From the NCBI GenBank assembly GCA_015066875.1, contig SVNM01000001.1, positions 7,815-71,814 of the forward strand: a stretch of 64,000 nt of DNA. Reading direction: 5' to 3'. Shown here piece after piece: positions 29,867 through 38,739 of the stretch. The notes under the pieces are model-generated. The model did not search any database and had not been told where the DNA came from. It was given only the letters and a program-made list of their open reading frames with translations. Source of the stretch: Ruminococcus sp. Lineage in GTDB: Bacteria > Bacillota > Clostridia > Oscillospirales > Ruminococcaceae. A program made the translations under genes and the position numbers. How positions within the stretch are numbered: position 1 is the stretch's first letter; every line of letters begins with the position of its first letter.

Positions 29867-31150
29867 ATGAAACCAAAGGAGTTTATAGAGAAAATTCAGG
29901 CAGGCGAGCTTGATGAACAGCTGAAAAAGCTTTACGGAAACAGCAAAGAGGCTCTTGATAGGCAGAGAGCACGCTATATTGAAGCGACAGAGGAATTTGC
30001 AAAGCTTTTTCCGCAACACGAAGAGATACATATATATTCTGCTCCTGGAAGAACAGAGGTAGGAGGAAATCACACTGACCACCAGCACGGCTGTGTTTTT
30101 GCGGGAGCAGTAAATCTTGATGTGATAGCCGTTGTTGCATTTCATAACGAGGGTATCATAAGACTTAAATCATCGGGCTATCCTCAGGATAACGTAGAGC
30201 TTTCAGACCTTTCAGTTCACAGCGATGAGACAGGTAAATCCGCTTCAATAATAAGAGGCATAGCTTCAAAATTCACTGAAATGGGAGCAGAAATCGGCGG
30301 ATTTGACGCCTATACCACATCAGATGTGCTCAGCGGAAGCGGACTTTCCTCATCTGCGTCATTTGAGGTTCTTGTGGGAACTATCATTGATAAGCACTAC
30401 AACGCTGGAAAAGCGGGAGCTGTTGAGATCGCAAAAATTGGACAGTATGCCGAGAATGTCTACTTTGGCAAGGGAAGCGGTCTTATGGACCAGATGGTAA
30501 GCTCGGTGGGAGGCTTTGTGTTCATCGACTTTGAGGATACCGCTGATCCTGTTATCAAGGCTCACAGTTTTGACTTCGAAAAGGCTGGCTACAAGCTTTG
30601 CATAACCGACACAAAGGGAAGTCACTCTGACCTGACAGATGACTACGTTTCTGTTCCTACAGAGATGAAAAGTGTGGCAAAGCAGTTTGGCAAGGAGTAT
30701 CTGCGAGCTGTTGATGAGAATGAGTTTTATGAAAAGCTCCCACAGCTGAGAGAAAACTGTACTGACCGCGCTCTTATGAGAGCTTCTCATTTCTTCAGTG
30801 AAAACAAAAGAGCCATGTATGAAGCACAGGCTCTTGAAAAGGGCGATATAAACGAATTTTTAGCTCTTGTTAACCGGTCGGGAGATTCTTCAGCAAATCT
30901 TCTTCAGAATTTATATTCCTGTAAAAATCCACAGCAACAGGCAATTCCTCTTGCAATAATGCTCAGCAAGAGAGTACTTGCCGAAAGCGGAGCAGTTCGT
31001 GTTCACGGCGGTGGCTTTGCGGGCACAATACAGGCGTTTGTTCCCGTCGAAAAGGCAGAAGAGTACTCAACTGCAATGAATTCATTGTTTGGCGAGGGTA
31101 GCTGTCACATTCTCAGAATAAGACCAGTAGGCGGAATTGAAATAGCTTAA
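29867..31150 (+). CDS. galK: Galactokinase
   Basis: APGRTEVGGNHTDHQHG, GSGLSSSA, GLMDQ, GGGFAG (GHMP kinase). Confidence 0.88.
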   Translation: MKPKEFIEKIQAGELDEQLKKLYGNSKEALDRQRARYIEATEEFAKLFPQHEEIHIYSAPGRTEVGGNHTDHQHGCVFAGAVNLDVIAVVAFHNEGIIRLKSSGYPQDNVELSDLSVHSDETGKSASIIRGIASKFTEMGAEIGGFDAYTTSDVLSGSGLSSSASFEVLVGTIIDKHYNAGKAGAVEIAKIGQYAENVYFGKGSGLMDQMVSSVGGFVFIDFEDTADPVIKAHSFDFEKAGYKLCITDTKGSHSDLTDDYVSVPTEMKSVAKQFGKEYLRAVDENEFYEKLPQLRENCTDRALMRASHFFSENKRAMYEAQALEKGDINEFLALVNRSGDSSANLLQNLYSCKNPQQQAIPLAIMLSKRVLAESGAVRVHGGGFAGTIQAFVPVEKAEEYSTAMNSLFGEGSCHILRIRPVGGIEIA

Positions 31151-31162
31151 CTGATAAAAAAT

Positions 31163-31198
31163 AAAGGGTATCGTACAACTCATACGATACCCTTTTTA
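31163..31198. terminator. Bidirectional terminator
   Basis: AAAGGGTATCGTA / TACGATACCCTTT between convergent genes. Confidence 0.8.
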
Positions 31199-31206
31199 AT
31201 ATTCTG

Positions 31207-31797
31207 TTATTTCAACCTTCTGAACATATCATCGTCCTTGACAGAGTAGTCAACATCAACCACATCAGAAGCTCTGCCTGAGCTTTTGTGACTGCCGTTA
31301 TTGCTGTCAGCATTATTTGCCAGGGAGACAATTCCCGCAACAATGAGGATTATACCCACAATCTTAAGGAAAATTCCTGTGCTTGAGAAGGGGTTAAGGA
31401 ACAGGAGAAGTCCCGATACGGCAACAACAGCTCCCACAATGATATTGAAGGTTTTTTTGCTTCCCGAAACGTTACTTCTGAGAGCTCTTACAATCCTTGA
31501 AATACCCGAGATGCAGAGCAGAATTCCCACAACAACAGGCAGTGAAAAGGAAACGAGATTAGGTATAGCGGTAATCAACAGACCGATTATAATACCTATA
31601 GCTGATTTAGGTACAGCTACAGGAGCACCTACTGCGGAAAGAACTCCCGATAAAAGAGTAATAATGTTAAGAAGAATAATAACTCCGCCGATGATATAGA
31701 AAATTCCTGAGATAAATCCGGGAATAAAAGCAAGAATAATACCGGCAATAATCATAAGAACGGGCTTTACATAGCCTGTAACATTAAAAATTTTCAA
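31207..31797 (-). CDS. DUF308/HdeD-like membrane protein
   Basis: Six hydrophobic segments, repeated GLLLFLNP-type motif. Confidence 0.7.
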   Translation of the reverse strand: MKIFNVTGYVKPVLMIIAGIILAFIPGFISGIFYIIGGVIILLNIITLLSGVLSAVGAPVAVPKSAIGIIIGLLITAIPNLVSFSLPVVVGILLCISGISRIVRALRSNVSGSKKTFNIIVGAVVAVSGLLLFLNPFSSTGIFLKIVGIILIVAGIVSLANNADSNNGSHKSSGRASDVVDVDYSVKDDDMFRRLK

Positions 31798-31813
31798 GAT
31801 AAACCTCCTTAAA

Positions 31814-34504
31814 TCAGATGTAGACGAGAATGAATTTCAGCCAGAGCTTTTTAAGAGTTCCTGACTTTTCATAGATATTACGGCTCAGCATTTCTGTGAA
31901 TTTCAGTCCTTCGCTAAGGGTTTCGCTGTCAGGAGACGTTTTGCTGAATGAGCACTCAAGAGCCGAATACATAAATTTTCTGAATCTGCCCTTTTCAAAA
32001 TACTGCTGACCGAGAGAATTCTCGATAAAGTCAGCAAAAGCGGTATAGTGCATATCCTGTCGGTAAAGCTTAAGAGTACCAAGGAGCTTTTCAGCGTAAT
32101 TATACATATGAACAATTCTTGTTGACGGAGCACCCTGAGTAAACCGTTTTTTTCTGATACTAAGAATAAGCTTTCTTCGGATAATCACAACAGCAATAAT
32201 CAGCATCACAGCAACGATAGCTTCAATTATCTTTACGACAACCTTATTGAAGCCTGTACCTGAGCCGTTTCCTACATATCCGGGAAGAAGAGCAGTTGCT
32301 GAAGTGACATTAGTCTGTACAGAAGAAGCTGTTGTTATTGCTGTTGTTTTTGAAGAGGAAGCTCTTGTGCTTGTGGCAGATGTGCTGTCGGTAGAAACAG
32401 TTGTTGTGGTAGTCTGAGTAAGCTGTGAGTTTTCTGTTGTGGTAGTTTCTGTATTGATTGACATCTCAGAATATCCCGCAGTAAACTCATAAGGCACCCA
32501 GCCGAAGCCGTCAAGGTAAACTTCTGCCCAGGCGTGACTTCTGTTATCCTGGATATTCAAAGTATATGAGCCGTCAGAGTTTTTATTGCTGTCGCTGAAA
32601 TCCTCGCCCACAACTACGTAGCCTGTAGCGTATCGTGCGGGGATTCCTGCCATTCTTGCAAGGAGTACACCTGACGTAGCGTAATGAGCGCAGTAGCCCT
32701 TGTGATTTTCAAGAAGGAAATAATTGACGAAATCACGGTTAGAGGGAGTTTTTCCCGGAGCAAGCGAGTACTCTGTCATAGAGTGAATTCTCTCTCTGAC
32801 AGCATTAAGAAGTGAAATACGGCTTTCAGCGGTGTCAATGCTTCCGTCCTCGATAATATCTGCAAAGGCTTCGTAAACCTCTGTGATGTTTTCGTCATCG
32901 GGAACCTGCAGATAATACTCGTAAACGAAATCACGGTATTCACTTTCAAGCAGAGCTGACATAACAACCTGACCGTTTTCGTCCATACGACTGCTGAGTA
33001 CGGCGTCGTGACTTATATCCGTATCGATGTAGAAGTAATCCTGACGTTCAAAAAGCTGATTATCGTTGCAGTATTCTTCAATCAGACTTTGCCACTGAGC
33101 ATCGCTTATATCGGAAGCAGAGACAAGGATACGGTTTTTTTCTCCGAGAAAATCATTTCTGATGAGGTAATCAGGACCGATAAACTTATAGGAATAATCG
33201 TTTTCTCCCTTTTTCCTTGAGCTTACAGTGCAATCAAGGTCGTACTCCATATTGCTGTAATTTTTAGTGCCATAGGGAGCATAGCTTTTGTTTTTCTTGC
33301 GTTTTGCTTCTATCCAGACCGTTGTATCACTTTGCTCGGTAAGAGCCTCGCTGAAGATATAAGCAAAGTCCTGCGGGTAGATATTATACTCTTTAAAGCG
33401 TTTGAACAGACCATTGTAATCGAGGTAAGCGTCCTTGCTGAGCTCGGTCCATTCGTTGTTATCGTAGACAGCTCCCGCATAGCCTTTGAAGTAAACGGCA
33501 CCTTCCTGTTTTTTATCTAAAATAGCAACAATGTCGGTGGTATTCTTATACTTGATTTTAGAAGCTGTACCAAGCTTGTGGTTTTCGTATTCAAAGGTAA
33601 AGCCGAAGGACTCAGTTACAGCCGATATACTTGAAGCGAGGTCGTCGAATGAAAAAGTAGTAACAGCGTACTTGATATCGGCTCTTTTCTGATTGAGCTC
33701 ATCGCTTCTTTCGTATCTTGTAATTTTCATAACAGCAATAGCCGTTGCCGAAACAAGGCAGACAGCTACCATAAGCATTACAGCGCATTTTTCGGTAACC
33801 TTAAGACGCATCTGTCTTTTAGGGAAGAAAAGGTTATCCTTTCGCACAAAACCGCCTTTACCGCCTGAGTACTCGCCAAGGTCGATGTTGCACACAGCCA
33901 CAACGGCAATCCAGTAAGCGACAGTGAGAATTCCCCAGAAAACAGGGATATTAATTCCGTTATAAAGACCGATTTCGATAATGGGGAAGGTAAAGGCGAT
34001 AACAATCAGGGGATTAGGCTTGTGTATGGTAAAGGTATAGATCACAAGCGCAAGAAGCCATATGCAGAAGACGAAGAATATTGTAACCGCATATTTTTCA
34101 GCGTCGTCATCAAGACCTTTATAGTAATCAATGCTTGTAATCATAGAAAGCCTGTAGATCACATTATAAGTAAACTTAAAGCCGATAGTAATAGTATCCC
34201 TGAATTTATAAACAGCGCCTGCAAGCAAGAGAAATGAACCGCCTGCAAGCCACAGAGCTTTTCTTCCTGCCAGAGTAAAAAGAATATGAATTACCGAAAA
34301 AATAACACAGGCTTTGATAACCGAAGAACTGCTGTAGGTAAAGTCGAACATTCTGAGAAAGGACATAATAACAGCTGTAAAGCCTGTTATGGCGATAAAA
34401 ACCGCTTCAAACCATCTCAGGTCTGCTCTTTTCTTTTTAACTGACATAGTGATACTGTCGCAAATGACAATACCGCTGTAGTTAGAGCTTTCTTTATGTT
34501 TCAT
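31814..34504 (-). CDS. Membrane transglutaminase-like protein (TgpA-like)
   Basis: N-terminal TMs, KGYCAHYAT...GIPARYATGY...HAWAEVYLDGFGWVPYE catalytic motifs, Thr/Ser linker, C-terminal TM. Confidence 0.9.
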   Translation of the reverse strand: MKHKESSNYSGIVICDSITMSVKKKRADLRWFEAVFIAITGFTAVIMSFLRMFDFTYSSSSVIKACVIFSVIHILFTLAGRKALWLAGGSFLLLAGAVYKFRDTITIGFKFTYNVIYRLSMITSIDYYKGLDDDAEKYAVTIFFVFCIWLLALVIYTFTIHKPNPLIVIAFTFPIIEIGLYNGINIPVFWGILTVAYWIAVVAVCNIDLGEYSGGKGGFVRKDNLFFPKRQMRLKVTEKCAVMLMVAVCLVSATAIAVMKITRYERSDELNQKRADIKYAVTTFSFDDLASSISAVTESFGFTFEYENHKLGTASKIKYKNTTDIVAILDKKQEGAVYFKGYAGAVYDNNEWTELSKDAYLDYNGLFKRFKEYNIYPQDFAYIFSEALTEQSDTTVWIEAKRKKNKSYAPYGTKNYSNMEYDLDCTVSSRKKGENDYSYKFIGPDYLIRNDFLGEKNRILVSASDISDAQWQSLIEEYCNDNQLFERQDYFYIDTDISHDAVLSSRMDENGQVVMSALLESEYRDFVYEYYLQVPDDENITEVYEAFADIIEDGSIDTAESRISLLNAVRERIHSMTEYSLAPGKTPSNRDFVNYFLLENHKGYCAHYATSGVLLARMAGIPARYATGYVVVGEDFSDSNKNSDGSYTLNIQDNRSHAWAEVYLDGFGWVPYEFTAGYSEMSINTETTTTENSQLTQTTTTTVSTDSTSATSTRASSSKTTAITTASSVQTNVTSATALLPGYVGNGSGTGFNKVVVKIIEAIVAVMLIIAVVIIRRKLILSIRKKRFTQGAPSTRIVHMYNYAEKLLGTLKLYRQDMHYTAFADFIENSLGQQYFEKGRFRKFMYSALECSFSKTSPDSETLSEGLKFTEMLSRNIYEKSGTLKKLWLKFILVYI

Positions 34505-34518
34505 AGTCTTTCCTTTTG

Positions 34519-35709
34519 TTAAAGTTCTGTATCTTTTATTGAAGAGGAGATTTTACCGATTATAACAGGAGTGATATTAAAAGCCTGATGCTCTGAGAGC
34601 ATATCACTGACAGACTTATCCCTGACAACGGTAAAGAAATTTTTTATATCAGCGTCGATGTAATCGTTGAACAGCGACAGCATTTCAAGGTCGTCTGCTG
34701 TAGTAATAAACGAGAACGAGCTCCAGCCGTCGAAACCGAAATCTGAAAGGAACTCTTCAGGAGAATTGAAGGCGAGATTGTCGTCAACCGACTCAAGAAG
34801 CTCCTTAACAGCCGAGCTGAGAGCATTTATGTCATTGATTTCACGCTGAACAAAGCATTTTTCTCTGCAGTTATAGTAAATAATTGTGTGTACACGCTCA
34901 TTTTCAAGAAGGAGCTGACAAAGAGAAACCATAGTTTCGATAAGAGTGTCATACACAGGCAGAGTAAACTCTGAGAAATCCTTGCACCGCAGGTCGAGAA
35001 AAACAGCGGTAGGCGAGTCAATGGGACAGCTGTACTCCTTAACAATAAAATCGTCCTTTTTACTGCTGAGCTTCCAGTGGATACGGTTTGGCTTATCTCC
35101 CGGAGTGTACTCACGCAGGTCGAAAACCTCAGAAGGATCATCGCCGGGTTTTGTTTCCGAGAAGTTAAGGCTTTCGTCGTTGACTCTGTCGGTATAGGAA
35201 ACAGTGCCGTTTATATCGTACCCTTGTGGAAGAACGGTAATAGTTTCCGAGATGTTCTTTCCGATTTTAAACCTGAAAATGCGAAGGGGATCGAAAATAT
35301 TGATATAAGCTGAGCGGATAATCAGAGTTCCGCAGAACTTTGAGTTTAACTGAAATGTTACACGCTGGCTGTTTCTTGACTGAATGGGGAAGTGAAGCTC
35401 GATAGAATTTATCTGATTATTGAAGATATTGTAGTATTCGATAAAAGCCTCAGCCTTGCCTATAGGGAAAATCGACTTGTTTGTAACGCAGAGCTGAATA
35501 TCAAAAACCTCGTTTTTGGCAACGGCAGAGCTTTTCACGGCAAATTCCACAGAAATGCTTTTTCTTGCAATCAGCATAGAGATAAGCATAAGAACGGGAA
35601 GCGCAGTCACAACAACGAGAAGAACGAGCGAAAAGTCCCATATATATAATATGTAGAAAACAGCACAGACAATAATCAGAACAGCAAATAAAAGCTTGAT
35701 TAAAAACAT
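34519..35709 (-). CDS. DUF58 domain protein
   Basis: LREYTPGD...IHWKLS...VKEY motif; between MoxR and transglutaminase genes. Confidence 0.9.
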   Translation of the reverse strand: MFLIKLLFAVLIIVCAVFYILYIWDFSLVLLVVVTALPVLMLISMLIARKSISVEFAVKSSAVAKNEVFDIQLCVTNKSIFPIGKAEAFIEYYNIFNNQINSIELHFPIQSRNSQRVTFQLNSKFCGTLIIRSAYINIFDPLRIFRFKIGKNISETITVLPQGYDINGTVSYTDRVNDESLNFSETKPGDDPSEVFDLREYTPGDKPNRIHWKLSSKKDDFIVKEYSCPIDSPTAVFLDLRCKDFSEFTLPVYDTLIETMVSLCQLLLENERVHTIIYYNCREKCFVQREINDINALSSAVKELLESVDDNLAFNSPEEFLSDFGFDGWSSFSFITTADDLEMLSLFNDYIDADIKNFFTVVRDKSVSDMLSEHQAFNITPVIIGKISSSIKDTEL

Positions 35710-35712
35710 AGC

Positions 35713-36672
35713 TTACCCTCTGTCAGCAGAAATTTTCGGCGACGGAGTCTTTTTGATAATCTCCGAAATAACATCGCTTGCTGTAACCTCGGAAAGTCTT
35801 GCCTTAGAGCTGAGTATGATTCTGTGCTCAAAAACATCGTGACAGATGAAAATAATATCATCTGGAATAACGTAATCTCTGCCCATAGCAAGAGCTATAC
35901 CCTTTGATATCTGCATAAGTGCAAGAGTTCCTCTTGGACTTACGCCGAGCTTGAGCATAGGGTGATTTCTTGTAGCATTTGAAAGAGCAACAATATACTC
36001 ATAGATTTTATCATCAACATAAACCTCTGAAATAGCCTTCTGCATTTCAATAATTGCGGAAGCATTTGTGACAGGTCTTACGCTGTCAAGGGGATTGGAG
36101 CTGTGCTTTGATTTAAGGATAGAGATTTCTCCCGAAGTGTCGGGATAACCCATACTTAGCTTGAGCATAAAGCGGTCAAGCTGAGAATCGGGAAGATTAT
36201 GAGTACCTGCTGAACCGATAGGGTTCTGAGTAGCAATAACGGTATAGGGTTCGGGGAGCTTATATGTAACGCCGTCAACGGTAATACTTTTTTCCTCCAT
36301 AAGCTCAAGAAGAGCCGACTGGGTTTTGCTTGAAGTACGGTTAATTTCGTCAGCGAGGAAGAGGTTGCAGAAGGCAACGCCGGGACGGAATTCAAAATCA
36401 TTTTTCTGCTTATTGTAAATAGAAAAGCCTGTTACATCGGTAGGAAGAACATCGGGGGTGAACTGCATACGGTTATGCTCAAGGGAAAGAGCCTTTGAAA
36501 AGGCAAGAGCAAGAGTAGTTTTTCCCACACCGGGGATATCCTCGATGAGAATATGTCCCTTGCAGAGCATAGCAAGCAGTACCTTTATAATGATAGCGTC
36601 TTTTCCTACGACGGCTTTTTTGACTTCTGAAACAATGTTATTTATCTGTTTTGTATAAATTGATGTATTCAT
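35713..36672 (-). CDS. MoxR-family AAA+ ATPase
   Basis: EDIPGVGKT, QFTPDVLPTD, ADEINR, ATQNP, QLDRF, SPRG. Confidence 0.95.
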   Translation of the reverse strand: MNTSIYTKQINNIVSEVKKAVVGKDAIIIKVLLAMLCKGHILIEDIPGVGKTTLALAFSKALSLEHNRMQFTPDVLPTDVTGFSIYNKQKNDFEFRPGVAFCNLFLADEINRTSSKTQSALLELMEEKSITVDGVTYKLPEPYTVIATQNPIGSAGTHNLPDSQLDRFMLKLSMGYPDTSGEISILKSKHSSNPLDSVRPVTNASAIIEMQKAISEVYVDDKIYEYIVALSNATRNHPMLKLGVSPRGTLALMQISKGIALAMGRDYVIPDDIIFICHDVFEHRIILSSKARLSEVTASDVISEIIKKTPSPKISADRG

Positions 36673-36759
36673 TTTGCACTCCTAAAATAATCTATATAAA
36701 TCCATTATAACACTTTATCCCGGTGAATGCAATAGCACAGTGAGAAAAACTGCGTTCAT

Positions 36760-38088
36760 TCACAGGGCAGAGTGCGTTTTTCCGAGATATCCCGAACGTC
36801 TGAGGTTTATAAACGTAGCAACAAGAGCAATAAACTCTGTTACGGCAAAGGAGAGCCATGTGCCGTTTATGCCAAAAGCAAGGCTGAGAGCGATAACAAT
36901 GGGAACAAGAAGTGCAGAGCTTCTCAGAAAAGATGAAACGAAGGCTTTTCCGGGCATATCAACTGAGCTGAAGAATGAGGAAATAACAATGTTAAGTCCG
37001 GCAAAGGCAAAGCCTGTGAAGTACATGCGAAGTCCGTTCACAGCAAGAGCTTCAAGATTTTTGTCTCCGTCGCCGTTAAAGAAAGATGCGATACCCTCCG
37101 CAAAGAAGAAAACGGAAAGGATAACAACAGCTGAAATACAGAAAGTGGTTATGACAGAGTACTTTGCAATCTTTGAAAGAGCAGGCTTGTTGTCGTTTCC
37201 GTATTCAGAGCTCGCAATAGGCTGAACTCCCTGAGAGACTCCCGTGAAAATTGCAGAGGCAACAAGAGCAGTATTAGCGACAATTCCGTAAGAAGCAACA
37301 GCGATGTTACCGCCGATTTCCAGCATAATGAAATTGAAAGCGATAACTGAAACAGCTGAGGAAAGCTCGCTGATAAAGGCAGAAAGTCCCAGCTTCATAA
37401 GAGAGAGCATTTTATGCATTGATGGAATGAAACGGGAGAGCCTCAGGCTTTCTGGATTTTTTCTCAGATGAACCGCAAGAATACTCATACTTACAATAGG
37501 AGAGAAGCCTGTAGCAAGCACAGCTCCGTACATTCCCATATTCATCGGGAAAATAAAAATATAGTCGAGGATTATGTTGGTTATATTTCCCGCAATCATA
37601 GCGATTGTGCATATTCCGGGAGCTCCGTCGTTGCGCACGAATGCTGAGATGATATTGTTGAGGATAAAACAGGGCGAAAAGCAGAGGATAGTGCACATAT
37701 AAACCTCAGAATAAGCAAGAGTTTCATCGTCGGCTCCAAGAAGCAGGGAGATATCCGTGCTGAAAAGAATACCGGTGATAAGGAATATCAAAGAAGCGAC
37801 AGCTCCCAGAAAAAGCGAATTCATCAGTGTAGAGTCAGCGTCGCTATATTTTTTCAGTCCCTTGAATATTGAATATCTTGAAGCTCCGCCGATGCCTATC
37901 ATCAGACCTGTTCCGTGGAGAATACTGTAAACGGCGATATTGAAATTAAGTGCGGTGATACCAAGTGCTCCCAGAGCCTTGGATATAAAGAAGGTATCAG
38001 CGAGAATGTACAGAGAAATTCCCACCATACCGATTACATTCAGGGATACATATTTTGCAAATCTTGATTTTATACTTTGTGCTTTCAT
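36760..38088 (-). CDS. MATE efflux transporter (MepA-like)
   Basis: About 12 TMs, DTFFIS, VRNDGAP, NIILDYIFIF; GAGG RBS before ATG 38088. Confidence 0.9.
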   Translation of the reverse strand: MKAQSIKSRFAKYVSLNVIGMVGISLYILADTFFISKALGALGITALNFNIAVYSILHGTGLMIGIGGASRYSIFKGLKKYSDADSTLMNSLFLGAVASLIFLITGILFSTDISLLLGADDETLAYSEVYMCTILCFSPCFILNNIISAFVRNDGAPGICTIAMIAGNITNIILDYIFIFPMNMGMYGAVLATGFSPIVSMSILAVHLRKNPESLRLSRFIPSMHKMLSLMKLGLSAFISELSSAVSVIAFNFIMLEIGGNIAVASYGIVANTALVASAIFTGVSQGVQPIASSEYGNDNKPALSKIAKYSVITTFCISAVVILSVFFFAEGIASFFNGDGDKNLEALAVNGLRMYFTGFAFAGLNIVISSFFSSVDMPGKAFVSSFLRSSALLVPIVIALSLAFGINGTWLSFAVTEFIALVATFINLRRSGYLGKTHSAL

Positions 38089-38098
38089 AATTAACCTC

Positions 38099-38195
38099 AA
38101 AAAAATAGCCAGAAGCACCCCTATAAAGCCTGAAGGAGTGAGTCTGACTTATTACGGCCGTCAATATCCGGCGACACTGACGGTTGACTATTTAA
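38099..38195 (-). ncRNA. Probable guanidine-IV (mepA/GGAM-1) riboswitch
   Basis: Minus strand: P1 CCGUCAGUGUC-GCCG-GAUAUUGACGG; long terminator AGUCAGA.CACUCCU-UCAGGCUUUAU-AGGGGUG.UCUGGCU plus U-run; loop GCC complementary to loop GGC; directly upstream of MATE. Confidence 0.72.
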
Positions 38196-38280
38196 TTGTA
38201 TTGTGCGCATATTTTCTGAAAATATACACTGGTTAAAGAGCAATCGGGCCTGCAAAAGCAAACCCGAAGCTGTTATACAC

Positions 38281-38367
38281 TGGTGCCGGTGACCGGGGTC
38301 GAACCGGTACGGTATCGCTACCACCGGATTTTGAGTCCGGCACGTCTGCCAATTCCATCACACCGGC
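38281..38367 (-). tRNA. tRNA-Leu(CAA)
   Basis: Reverse complement GCCGGTGTGATGGAATTGGCAGACGTGCCGGACTCAAAATCCGGTGGTAGCGATACCGTACCGGTTCGACCCCGGTCACCGGCACCA; long variable arm. Confidence 0.96.
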
Positions 38368-38380
38368 ACATAACATTAAA

Positions 38381-38409
38381 ATTATATCATATCAGGCTCA
38401 AATAGTCAA
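38381..38409 (-). promoter_or_regulatory. SigA promoter of tRNA-Leu
   Basis: TTGACT, 17 bp, TG-A-TATAAT. Confidence 0.75.
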
Positions 38410-38425
38410 GACCAATTTGAAAATA

Positions 38426-38734
38426 AAAGCGTACGGCAATAACGGTGGTATTCTTATAGGAGAATATATGAGTAAATTGAGGGAAACCCTTTTGAAAAAG
38501 GGTTATCCCTCAAACTCCTTTCCTAAAACTTTCAAGTTTTAATTTAAGCCCCATAGGGTACACACAGATAACGAGAAATTGAACTCTTATAAAAATTGTG
38601 TGTGTACCCTATGGGGCTTAAATTAGACTCAAAAGTCTTTGTAGGGGGTGTGGGGGGAAACTTTCTTCAGAAAGGTTCCCCCACTAAATACACATAAATT
38701 TCTATTAGGACATCACCGTTATACCATACGCTTT
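38426..38734. repeat. About 310-bp nested palindromic intergenic element
   Basis: Imperfect terminal IR (AAAGCGTACGGCAATAACGGTG / CACCGTTATACCATACGCTTT), perfect 27-bp inner IR 38540-38566 / 38599-38625, and two symmetric GC-rich side hairpins. Confidence 0.8.
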
Positions 38735-38739
38735 GAAAA

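Noticed and set aside
38281-38367. tRNA-Leu or tRNA-Thr as the prophage attachment site
   Set aside because: No integrase or duplicated tRNA 3' end is present; the prophage starts 6.7 kb away inside a CDS, as expected for transposition
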